DNA from: Auanema rhodensis
Lineage: Eukaryota > Animalia > Nematoda
Direction: 5' to 3'
DNA: 64,000 bases
NCBI GenBank assembly: GCA_964057225.1
Contig: OZ059896.1
Location: forward strand, 16,058,001-16,122,000
Positions 1 to 12,687 of this stretch are shown here, in pieces. A program made the translations under genes and the position numbers. The stretch's first letter is position 1; each line of letters opens with the position of its first letter. The notes below the pieces were generated by a model. It saw only the letters and a program-made list of their open reading frames with translations. It did no database searches and was not told where the DNA came from.

Positions 1-372
1 GAGAGCAGATGAGAGAATATCGAAATAGAGAGTAAAACGGAGAGTGGAGAGAACTAGACGATCGAGAAGGGACAGCAAGTTGGTAAAGAGGACCTGAGCG
101 TTTCGTTTGTTGTCTTTAGCAAGCTGGACTCTCTAAGCCTCACAGGAGACTTTCTATTCTGGACTGTTTCATGAGACTTTCATAATATTTCTATTGAATA
201 TAGAGAATATGCTGTGTTAATACAGGACTCAATGATGAATATAGTTTTCGGAAATCCTTAAAAGGGATCAAGAATACAGTGCGACTACATATTACGAAGA
301 GAACGATGAAGAAAACAAGTGAATGGACAAAAGGAGGTAAAAGGCCACGGGAAACTAATACTTCATACGTAC

Positions 373-3196
373 CATTTTGATCGTCTAAACGATGCATCTT
401 CTTAAACATATTACGATACCAGGACGACATCTCAGCCATCTGTTCTGTATCGTCTTCCGCAATTCGTTGTTGTCTTAGAAGTATTTCATCTTCGGTTGGA
501 GGCTTGTGTTCCGTTGAATGTTCACCAGATACGAGTTGTTCGTCGGGAGATAATGCAGATGCTGATCCTGCTGCTTGTGCTACCGGTGCTGCTGCTGCTG
601 GATGTGAATGTGGATGAGATGAAGGCGTAACTGTTGCTGGATTCACAGCCGAACTATACGGGGCGGTGCCGTGATGTTCAGTTGAGTACGACATCAAGCT
701 ATCCGGCCTGCAAATAGCAAATTCATGCGCGAGCTATGAGAGATAAATCGGTATTGAAATTAGAGAAACGGATCGATGTATATGAGAAGAAGCTTTTTAT
801 TTTGATTAATTTAGTAGATAGGACTTCTTTTAAAGATTATATATAGTTTGAATGAAAGTGACTTGAAGCCGAATGAGAAGAAGAAGAGCTGAAGAAAGTC
901 TGTCGAGGGATGTCAATTGCGTTGTATAGACAAATACAACGCGCACCTCTCTCAGGCTTTTCCTTCTCGTGGCTATGTTGTTATCGAAGCAAATGAATAA
1001 TTCATTCTACCAAATAGAGTCACATTTACCTGCGAGAATCTGATGACATGACGCTGAATGTACCATCCTCACGTTGTGTGGAATGCATAGAGCTGGAATC
1101 GAATGATGTATCCTGCAAAGAAAATGCATTAACTTATGAACATATGATTGAAGAAAATTGAATAACCTTAAATGAGGGTGTTTCCGCAAAACCACTGTCG
1201 TTCGTAAAAGTGTATGATTTTTGAGCTGGAGGAGACGCAACATCAGAAGATGGTGTTGAGAGCAATGGCGTAACAGGAGAGTATTGTGAGCGTCTACAAC
1301 CTATTTATTAGATTAAAGTGGATTTCAGTTATGTCTGACCGTAATGTGGCATAGTGATCACCACTGTTTGAAGAGTAAGATCCGAAAGGAGCTGGGGATC
1401 TAGACTTTAGAAGCTCAGACATTTCTAAATCCATACTTTGCCGACGAGGCTTATTCTGAGCATTTTGTCTTGGCGAACATTTAGGATCTTCAGGTGGACT
1501 ATCAGGAGATATATGCTCATCTTTCTGAATATAAAACATGTTTCCAAGTAAATGGCTGTGCAGAACCAACATGAATATACGAAACTTGGGATGTAGTAAC
1601 ATCATCATCATCAAAGAACGTCATACAAGAAGTGGACATAGGTGCCTGTGAATGATGATCTCCTGAAGGAGGCTTATGCTCAATTCTCGGATCATTAATT
1701 GAAGATGAGCATTCAATATCAGGAAATGATTTCGTATAATTGTGATTATCAGTATAAGTATTAGAATAAGTATCTGAAAACAGAGTTCAAGTATCGATAT
1801 ATAGAGGTTAAGCTCCTTACTTTGAGGTGGAATCTCATTGACTTGAAGTTCAGACGATGGTTCATATAAGCTATGATAATAATCTGAAGCTGTTTGATTA
1901 CCTTTCTGAGTATTTTGCTCATTAGCTTTAGCTTGAGGAGCTAAAACAATCTAGCATTTGAGATAATAACAGTTAGTAATACCTGGATCATCATCAATGG
2001 CTGTAGATATGATAGGTTTACTTGGAACAACAGTGTTGTAGCTAGCAGATTGTGATGATTGAGAAGGTGCTGGTGAATTATCAATATTATAAGTATTTGA
2101 TATATTATTTCCATTAACTATATCTAATTTCGAAGAATTATCATAAATGTATCTGAAAAATATTTTCATGATCCAAATGTTTTCAGAAACATGACTCACG
2201 ATAATGGAGCATTGTAATAAGAATCTTCTCGATCATAATTACCATTAGCATTACTATTTCTAGCAATAGTATTTAAGAAACTGTTAGGTTCATACTGCAC
2301 AGATTCACGATTATCGCCTAGTTCTTCGCCAGATTCATGTATTGTTACAGCCTTATTAGGCTTGGGTGGCACTACTGGTGGCAGTGGAGGCTTCGAGTGT
2401 GGCTCTACTGAATGAGGTGAGTATGCCAGATGGTAACTCGGAGGTGGAACCTATAACTTATGATATAATTAAGATATTAAATAGTAAGTTCTACACACCC
2501 CTTGAAAATATTTTGTTGGTGGCACAGGTCCATCTAGAACTCGTCCCAAATATGGCTTATTATCATCAAAGCCTTCAAAAACTTTGATATTCGAAGCTTT
2601 CCAAGTCGGTGTTTCTCCGACATCTACAATTAAAAATATTATGTTATTATTATAATAATAAATAATCTAACCCATATAAAGATTTGATGATGGTGTTTTA
2701 GGCCTTGGTGGTCCAGTCGGTGCTTTCATTTCAAGTTTATCAGTAATAGCCTGACGTAAAGCTGCAACACTTCTTCGTCCAGGAACCTGAAGAAACTATC
2801 TTTTACATATTTTTGTATATATAATATGATTTTGTATAATAGATATGTTAAGTTTTCCAAAATGAAACATGACAAACATGCAGATAAAACATAAATTACA
2901 ATCATTTGTAATGAACTCTAGACAATACTATAACAATCAAGGAAACAAAGACAATATTATAATACTATGAGTTTAGAATTAACTATAAAAATGAATAATT
3001 GATTATATAATATATATACATGTATATATTTAGAATTGGCTGACCTCGACATCTCCTTCTGCTGGATTATGTGTTTTTATTTCAGCTCTCATAGCCCAAT
3101 CTGATGATGTTGCAGGAGTTATCCTCATCTAAATTAGACAATGAAAAACAAAACATATAATTTAAAAATAAAAATAAAAACATTAGTAGATTAATT

Positions 3197-3249
<53 letters not shown>

Positions 3250-5411
3250 TAAGAGAGAAAGAGCAATTTGAATATTAATAATACAGAGAATGTTGATAAT
3301 GAATATGATAACATGTAAGAAATCGTTGAAAGTGGGGTAAAGGTTTTGAATATATTTTTAGCAAATATTATATATTATATATAGATATATAGCTTTATTC
3401 CTATAAAGGTAATAATTAATAAGAAGTAGAATATCGTATTCATTCGGCGATTCTTTCTTAATAAAAAGCAAATAAAGATAAGTAAACGAATAGGTATGGT
3501 CGTTTAGTTGACAATCACAATCTAAAATGAATAAACACATAATTAAAAGGAAAAACAAATCAAAATTCTTAATTATTAATATAAGAAAAAGAAAAAAAAA
3601 TATATGAGAAAGAAGGTTGGAACCAGGTTGCAGAATAGACGGAATGTATACTATTATTAGAGATGAAGACAAGCAATTTCCTATTAAGCAATATTACCAT
3701 AAGAATTAAAATTCAAGTTTGAAGTTGAAGAGTAGGTTGAGAAATGTAAATGCTGATATAGATCCTGATTCAACACTAGTTTTAGAAGGAAACTTTTCCA
3801 TAGTAATCGTATGTTATCTTTGGATGTTTCCGTCTAAAATAGCCTATCGTATTGTGATCGGAAATGAAAGTCATGGTCCAGTAGAGGTGAGTTGACCTTT
3901 TATAGGCGGACCGAAAATCCATTCATTTAATGGTTAGAATTAGTTGATTATGAATAATAGTTTATGATTTAATTGGCATGATTGACCATGAAATATATTA
4001 TAACTTATAGTTATCTTACTTTAAAATTAATTAAGAGATAAAATAAAAACAAAAGAAAATCATTTTAAGTTTTCGGCAATAAGGCCGTATGACAATTGTA
4101 ATTGTTTCTCACTCATCTATCTTCTCAGATAAAATAATGATGTTAAGGCATATGGAACATTTTTTTTTTAAAAAGTTAAAAAGAAAAAGAAAAAATTATG
4201 GAAATAGGTAAAGAAGTAAATGGTGAACTGACGACTAGGATCGTCCTAATCAAGTAATAAATCTGAGAAATGGCAATCAATAAGATATGCAACAATTGCT
4301 GTTAAAAGTATCAGCTGTTTCATAGTGCTTAGAACTTAGTACATTAAAGTGAAAATAGTGATAGAAAGTGAGAAATAGAAGATATTATGAGGAGAAGTGA
4401 ATACTAACTGAAAAGAGATGGAAAGAGGGATATAAAGACTGAGTTAAGACCGCAGAAGACGATGAGAAGGAAAGAAGCTAATGATTCAATCAAAGACATC
4501 GAGAGAGAGAGAAAATAGAGAAAATGAAATTGGTGGGAAGCAAAGCAAGATTTGGGTAAAAATTCGGAAAACTTGCCATAACTTTGGTATTGTTAATGAG
4601 ACATTGATCTCTTTGACAAAGCAATCAAACATACAGCATTTACCAGGATTTAGAGAGAAAGATAGAGAGAAATCAATAAACATCATCAATGTAGTAAATT
4701 GTGTCTAGAAAGCAGGAAAAGACAAGCCCTAGTGAAAGAGCACGGAGAGATAAAAATACTTTTTGATGCTAGCTTTAGATAACCACTTGCAGATGTGAAC
4801 AACAATGTTGTCTTAATAAAAAAATCTTTTCTAATAGAAAGAATAGATAAAAAGAAAATGAAAAAGGAGAATATACAGATTTACGGAGAGAAAAATAGAA
4901 AAAAGAGAAATGAAATGAGATAGTTACGTGAAAGGTAAATGAATATATGAAGAGAAATTAGTTTAACTATATATGAATGTGATATATAGATATTTGAATA
5001 AAAGAAAAAGATGAAAAATGTTATTTTCGGTCATGAAAAGCATTTATAAAACACGAAAAATGTTTATTCAACTACACTGACCTGGTCTAGTGAATTGATT
5101 TCGGCCGGCTGTTCTATTGCTTCCGATTCCTCCATTGGCTCTAACGTTTTTATAACTGAAAATAATTGAATAAAATATGAAAAATGAAAAGAAAAAAAAA
5201 GTTTTTTTTGCTGTTATTTTGTTAAAATGAAAAATAGCTTTTGAAATTGCTTATCAATGGGAAACACAAGGTGCACGACACTGCTGCTCGAATAAAACAA
5301 AAAAAAAGATAAAGCAATCGACATAATACTGAACCAGAATACAAATGAAGAATGAGAAGTATTAAAGAATAAGGTGATCAGATAGCTAGATAGTGAGAAA
5401 GATAGAAAAAG

Positions 5412-5466
<55 letters not shown>

Positions 5467-7005
5467 GATTAAGAGAAACATCCAAGAAACGAACGAACAC
5501 AAACCGATCATTACAACTGCATTATGAGAAATGAAACTTGTTCGCGTGAATCTCACGTGAAAAAAAGTCTTGTAAGCAAGTTGTAAGATGAGCAAGAAAT
5601 GCCAGAAGAATATTTTTTCAACCTTCACCCTCAGGCAATATATTCAATATAGTATAGATAGTGAAACTAAATGTTCGAACAATGATGAATACATTTGAAA
5701 TATTATGAGATATGAAAGAACGTATAAGAGTAAAATGATCATTAAAGTTTTAAAGTTTTTTTTATGGAATTTGAAGATAAATGAGTCATCAAATAGAGAT
5801 TTCAAACTTAAAAATGACATACCTCTATGTTCAGTAACAGGCTTGTCGGTATCATCAATATGAATAAAGCTGTAACAAAAGTATTTTTGCAAACAAAATA
5901 AAGAAAAAAACATCTGATTTATAAAAAAAAATATTCAAAATAAAAAATTGAAAGTGAAAGAAAAAAATGTTGAGTATTGCAACCTGTTCGGAGTGCTGCG
6001 CCCACTATGTATATCAGATATGGAGCCACCGGCAAAATCAGCACAAACACTATCATATCCAGTTGTTGTACTTTCGGACGGTAATCCTATTTAACGATAT
6101 AATAGTATAAGGTTGAATGTTCGGAAAAGCAGTAAGAAAACCTTGTTGGAATCCCATTTGGATTTTTCGTTGTAATAGACGATCAGTAGCTGGTGAGCGA
6201 TTTAAACAGATTTGCTCAAAGAACTGACGGCGATTCTAAAATAAGATGAATTTATATGAAAATACAATGTACTAGAGAGCAAATTTTAAAAAAATTGGAG
6301 AAGTTATACCTGCGTTGCACCTTTGATGCCTTCAAGATCCAATCGTATCTGACGAATGGGTGATTGTGTATGAAAAGAATTCGATCGAGGTAAATTTGGA
6401 GATGATGTTACTGATGACGGAGCAGGAACCCTGGAATTATTAATTCGTGAAATTGAGAGATATAACAGTCAGTTTAACCCTTTTTTGCTTAAATAAGGAG
6501 AATTATGAGCTGAATTACTCAATTTCTCTTTTCGGACTGTTTGATGATATCCTTCTGGAGTTCTGTAAAACAAAAATATTTGATAGAAAAATTGATTCAG
6601 ACTCAATCAATGGAATCTTTAATGTAATTTCGTGAGCCAATGTAAAAAAAATTGGAAAAGAAAGGCAGGTTGAGGTAATGAATTATAACTTGGAAATAGG
6701 GTTGTGTGAATTACCTAATAACGCCTATTGTCAAGAGATCTTTGGATTCTGAAACCTTCTTATATGCTTCTTCTACGGATTGAACAGGCAAATCATTTAT
6801 AGTTTGAATGATATCTCCTAATCGTACTCCAGCTACATTAGCTCGACCACCAGGTAGCATCTGATCACAAACAGAATTAGTTTGAAGTTCAAGAATCAGC
6901 TCAAGAGAGAAAACTCACTTTGCAAACTACTGGACGTTGTTGATCATCAGAAGATATACGTAAACCCCATGGAGGTCCACCCATAAGCGTTGATGTTGTC
7001 AACAT
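373..7005 (-). CDS. sorb-1: PDZ- and SoHo-domain adaptor protein (CAP/vinexin/ArgBP2 family), 5' part; ~19 exons in window, continues beyond the left edge
   Basis: ATG at 7005. Exons 7005-6919 and 6860-6715 encode a PDZ domain (MLTTSTLMGGPPWGLRISS...PGGRANVAGVRLGDIIQTIND). A phase-consistent chain of GT-AG exons leads to exon 707-373, which carries a SoHo-like motif (EMSSWYRNMFKKMHRLD). The SH3 domains expected for this family would lie outside the window, so the symbol is inferred from the SoHo motif. Confidence 0.8.
3199..3244. repeat. (AG)n microsatellite
   Basis: Perfect AG dinucleotide run in an intron. Confidence 0.95.
5415..5459. repeat. (AG)n microsatellite
   Basis: Perfect AG dinucleotide run in an intron. 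Confidence 0.95.
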
Positions 7006-8265
7006 TATTTGTTGAATTAGGGAAAGAAAAATAGAAAAAAAAATTAAAAATTGAACAATGCAGAAACAAATAAAGTCGCCAAGTAAAAACTAATTTCATA
7101 CACGAGATGCCAGCTGTTAGCTTAAACGCTGTAATAATTTAGGGTTGGGACAGTGAGTGGCGTGAATCAAATTGTCAAGTTAGAGTATCCAACAATATAT
7201 TTTTATTAAAAATTTGTAAATAACCAATAGCATGCTGGTCATCATTCAGCTAAGTATATAGATTAATGAATCTTATGATCAGTCTGAATAACATTTCTTC
7301 AATTTGATCACAAATTGTAATCTTACAGATGAACAAGTAACATTTAACTTGATTTTCATTAATTATCACATATTTTCGAGCATTTTTATACAAACTTAGC
7401 CAAGTTTCTTTCGCAACTTGAACGAATAATCCTTATATCTCTGTTTAAGTCAAAGATTAGTCATATTAGATAAAAATACCTTACAAATCTCTTGTTTTAC
7501 ATATATTAATTGAAATTAACGTACAGTACAAATTTAAAAATATTTATACAATTTAAAACTAAATATTAATAATCGACATAACACATTATTTCAAGTTTTA
7601 ATCATATTTAAACATGAAATAACATTTCATTAATAATAATAATAAGATATTAGAAACAAAATAATCTTATCAATAAGGAAACTTTATATGATTTATTACT
7701 ATTAAAATATTATTATATATAGTATATATAGTATAAATAAATATATAATATTATCTATATTTAAAATATTTTTGGTGATCACTGTATTTGGGCGGGGTTT
7801 CTATTCAAAATAAGACAAGAGGATGGAGGGATGTGACATGATGTGGCTCAAAGTACTTACAAAGTCTAGAAAAATTGTTTTCTTATCAAATCTGTCATGG
7901 AACTTCGTATCTATACCATTTTTTTGTGTCAGAATAATATAAAAAGGACAAAGGGTGTGATAAACCAAATGGTCTTATCAAAGCAAATTAGTTGTATGTT
8001 ATTTAATTCTTAAATCTATAATATTTCTATGTTCATGAAGAAGGTTGGGTTATTCTGAGGACTTTGCATCAATTTTCGATTCAATAATCAGTTTAATAAA
8101 TGCATGACAATTATTGTAAGTTTGAACTATTAGAAGTATCTATATTGAACTCAATCTCCACTATTTGATTATACTGGCTGATAAAATATTGATTTCTATG
8201 AATTTCAAAACAAGTGCGAAGTTTTTAGTCAAGGCAAGAGGAGTTACTGTTAAAGGTAACCCGTA

Positions 8266-8336
8266 GCATCGGTGGTTCAGTGGTAGAATGCTCGCCTGCC
8301 ACGCGGGCGACCCGGGTTCGATTCCCGGCCGATGCA
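8266..8336 (+). tRNA. tRNA-Gly (anticodon GCC)
   Basis: GCATCGGTGGTTCAGTGGTAGAATGCTCGCCTGCCACGCGGGCGACCCGGGTTCGATTCCCGGCCGATGCA: 71-nt cloverleaf with acceptor stem GCATCGG/CCGATGC, A and B boxes, and T-runs immediately downstream. Confidence 0.98.
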
Positions 8337-10369
8337 ACTTTCTTTTGAAAAATTTACCTCAATTGCTTTTATTTATTTTTTCATTTACGTCTTTTTTTCT
8401 AAAAGACAAGGACGATTTAAACTTTTAACATATAATAGTTGATTTACATATTGAATTTTTAATATAATTAACTACGCAAAGCAAAGTAAATAGAATATAA
8501 TATAAGTCAAGAAATATGGTACTTTTCAAATTTATAATGTCAAACTATTGTATAAGACAAGTTCCTATTTCTCGATTATATGGTGATTGTCATTTTGTTT
8601 TTTCTATATTTCAATTTTTTATTTACAGTTGCTTCGGTTCCTTTGAGATACTGGTACAAGGCTATTTAGCAGATACTTTAGTATTTCGTCTTGAAAAATG
8701 AAAAAGAAGAAAAAAGTAACTTAAAAGTAAGATTCTCAAAGGCTTTTGATTATTTTATTGTGTTATAGCTCAAGCTTTTGATGAAATCTCAGTCCATTGA
8801 TCATTCGGTTCTTTTTAACCCGATTTGGATAACTATTACCAAATAGGTAACGATATTTTACATATCTTAGGAGTTCGTACCTATTCGTTCCAGATTTAGC
8901 AAATTTGTAATACATCATTTTAAATCCAATCAAATATTTCGAAGATTTTTTAATTTTCTAAAATTGAAGATTTTAAAGATTTTAAACTGCTATTTTGGAT
9001 TATTGTTGAAATTTCAGAATACATAAACAAATTATTTCTGAATCACGTTATCACACGTGAAAGATCATTCTGAATTGAGCAAGTACGTGGAGCGGTTGAA
9101 TTTCATACAAATCAGATTAAACTTTAAAAAATTAGTTGAAACAAAAAATACAAAAAGCATGTGAACGTTTTATTTCTTTTTTTCAAGCTTCAAACACCAA
9201 ATATTTTGAAATGAACATGAACATTGTTCATTAGTTTATTTAATTATTTTACAATGTTATTGTAAGAGAATTAAGATGAATTCAGATAAAAAAAAAGTTT
9301 TTTTTTTAATGTCAAATCGATTTCTCATGCTTATTGATGAATTGAAAGAACAGACATGCCAGTTGTTTCTTCAGCGGAGGGCCATGTGACGCAAAGCTAA
9401 CGATGTGAGCTCTGATTTGACAAGCTTTTTTTCTTTCAGATGTTTCAAATTCATAAATGTTTTGAATTCACCTAGCTTACTCATATTACTTCTTGAATAA
9501 TGAAACATTTTTGTTTTGTTTTTCAATTTAAAACATTGACCAGTAGAATATTTGACACATGTATGCACTTCAATTCAATTGTTAACTATTACGTTTGAAT
9601 AGCATGATTAATCATCCATTATTTATCTATTATTCTCATTGGGAAAATACTGATCTTTTGAATACAAACCAAGCTTTATCATCACTTGTAAACTTGGAAA
9701 TAAGAACTTGAATCATTTTTCTACTTTTCCAATTTCAAACATATGTGAATGACCGTTTGAAGAGCAATAAAATTATGTTTCCGCTATCATTCCCACACGT
9801 GTTTCAACAGCTGCAGCTGATATCAACATAATCAGAAGCTTGATTGCCGCGAAAAATCTTTAATTCGATTTTTTCTTTATTTTGATTCCATCTAATCTTT
9901 GCAGATTGTGTATGAACTTTCATTAATGTATAATGTTTTAATTATTTTTTCAGCTTATGGTGGAAGTTACGCGTAGAAAAATTAGTTCAAAAAGGTATTT
10001 TATATATTTCTATTTTTATAATATTTTAATAATAAATATTGTAAAATATAACTAATAAAGATCAAAAAACAGAACAATTCAAATAGACCAATCATAAGTC
10101 GAAATTGTCAAAAATTCTTACGTGTAAACAGATATCCGTTGAGAAAAAAAGTTTTGTGATTAGCTAATCTATTTGAATACATTCAGCGTAGGAAATTCAA
10201 TATCATCTCAACATCTCTATTACTTCTTTTCTGTGTTTTGAAACATTTCATTCGTCACTCCAACATCTTCCTCATTCATTCGTCTCTTCCTTCTTCTTCT
10301 ATTTTAAAATTAATTCATCTACTTATTTCTGAATAAATCTATTACAAAACAACTAAAAAAACAAACAAA

Positions 10370-10880
10370 ATGTTAGTGTTTATTCTTTAATCTCAATTTG
10401 AACTAGTTTATTACATATATATTAACCTTTTTGATATAATTTATTAGTTATTTCCTATCAAAGTTCATTGTTTTCAGGCGAGAATCAAGAAAATGGAAAG
10501 ATCCACCTCAGAAAGCTCTACGTGCTAAAGATATCATAGTGAAAGCCTCAAATGTGACTGAAGATAAGAATACTCAGGTTTACATTAAACTCTCCTCTTC
10601 TCTCATATTCATTCATGTATGTATATAGGCTATTCAATTTCTTGGATTAGCACTAGAAACATGTGGAATAGAGAATGAAATAGCAACGTTCATAAAGCGT
10701 AAATGTGATGAAGCATTCGGTTAGAACTTTTTCAGCTATTTCTATATTAAATACGAACGTTTTCTAGAAATGAATTGGCAGGTTATTGTTGGAAGAAATT
10801 TCGGATCTCATTTAGATTGTGTTGAATATATACATTTAACTATATCTAAAATATCAGTGTTAATATTTCGTTGTCGATAA
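10370..10880 (+). CDS. Dynein light chain, LC8 (type 1) family, divergent paralog, 101 aa
   Basis: Exons 10370-10371, 10478-10577, 10629-10719 and 10768-10880 give MRESRKWKDPPQKALRAKDIIVKASNVTEDKNTQAIQFLGLALETCGIENEIATFIKRKCDEAFEMNWQVIVGRNFGSHLDCVEYIHLTISKISVLIFRCR*. The LC8 signature IA.FIK...D......W..IVGRNFGS is present. Confidence 0.9.
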
Positions 10881-11030
10881 AACAATTATTAATATTTGTA
10901 TAAAATATATGTAAATAATAATTCTTTTATAACATTTCAAATCAAATTCATACATGAACATTATAAATAACCATTACATATTCAAACTTGAGGTTTCGAT
11001 GTTCATTCATCACATAAGCTGATTAACATA

Positions 11031-11217
11031 TCTGTGCGTAAAACCCACGTGAAGTAGATCGTATGTCATTAGCATACCGTCAATAGCGCACGTGATGTTG
11101 ACGTAACATTAGCTCTTCCGGCAATTCAGTGAGGCCTGATGCAGACGCACAGAACGGTTGCATTCCGCTGTGCGCTCATCAACGAATCTAGCGGTTCAAT
11201 AGGCCTAATAAACTTCA
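11031..11217. ncRNA. Candidate structured non-coding element (unassigned)
   Basis: GC-rich island between convergent genes with several nested inverted repeats (see findings); no recognised family. Confidence 0.3.
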
Positions 11218-12687
11218 ATAAAAACCTACCACGAAGGTGTGTGTGGAAATCTTTGTCAATTTTATTCAAATATTTTGGTGCGTGAAACCGATTTCAGAAC
11301 TTTCCAAGTTTTATCTATGTGAGGATTTCGTGATTCTCTCAGCGTATATTCAGTAATCTGTAGTTTATTTGGATAAGAATTATATTAAATAGTTATATAA
11401 TACACAATAATAACTTATTGAAATTGTGATCGATGTAATTCATCTTTTTCAAACACCAGAGTATGAACTACAAGATAACCTGAATATGAATTTTATGTTT
11501 GAGTAATCTCCCCAAACTCTTGAAAACAATTTATGAGATCAATAATCATAGATATATGAGAAGTTATACTAAGATATATTACTATTAACTATTCTTAACT
11601 ATGTATTTTAGATGTTATAATAAGATTTGACAAAGCAGGTTGTCATTCAATTGATTCCTGGTAGTTGAAGTTGTTATGATGAAACTGACAGTTTCAACGA
11701 TGAATAAGTTTTACGAACGACATACATCTGGTCAATATTGCCGTGAAGCCACTGCCATTGATTCGAACTTATGTTGACAGATGTTTATCGCCTAGTTTAT
11801 TTTTTACTTTTGACCAATAATATGAATCCATATATTATATGCAGATTTGTGATGTTTATGAAAATCTTGTAAGACAAATCGTCATTCAAACATAAAAATA
11901 GTGAAAAAAACCGTTGTTTTGTGATGAAAAACATTAAAAAACGGTAAAATAGAACATAAACCTTTGTTTTAATAGAAAGTATATATCACAAATAATTATA
12001 ATTGCTCGTTTAGCCATTTCGACAGAACTACCGCGGACCGAATTGTCGTTTAAGGCTTTAGGTTACATAGCCAACAAGACTACTGGATTTAGGAATGTAA
12101 AAAAGCAGCTGACAGGAAACATGAGTGCTCTATTCTAAAACTGAGTATATCTACAATCGAAGACTGTATACGAGCCCGAGCATAGGCTCTATTTAAGATG
12201 ATATAGATTTATATAGGTGTGGGAATGGGTAGGTTTGCGGGGGATGGGCGACATGTTACGAAAAATGCAGCAATGTCGTGCCGCGATAGTTACTGGCAAA
12301 GTAAAAGTAGTCATATATGGAAAGCAAGGCATTCAGAACAACCTGGCAATATAACAATGGAGAAATAAACAGTTGAGGAGGACAAGAACGACTCCTGGGC
12401 GGAAGAACCACCTCAATTCGACGCATATTATGCACTGGTCAAGTTGATACTTGATACATCTGACACGACATGCTAGCACATTAAACAAGGAAACAATCAC
12501 AGGTTCTGCTTACAAATAGGCACTATTTTCTGATAATTATATAAATAACTAGCTGCACTAGAAAAAGTATGAGCTTGGATATGAGACAATGACTAATAGG
12601 CACAAACGGAAGGCCGGGAATAATGAGAATATGCATTGAGAAAAGTGACTTAGTTTCATAAGGGGGTTTGTTGCAAAAACTAGCTAT

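Noticed and set aside
7660-7985. Three TCTTATCAA (GATA/DAE-like) sites upstream of the sorb-1-like gene
   Set aside because: AT-rich motif that recurs throughout the window; not distinguishable from background by eye
11031-11340. Identification as U3, RNase P/MRP, hammerhead ribozyme or telomerase RNA
   Set aside because: Required conserved boxes are missing (no U3 5' boxes, no matching P4 halves, no GAAA after the stem, no 1.5x telomeric template)
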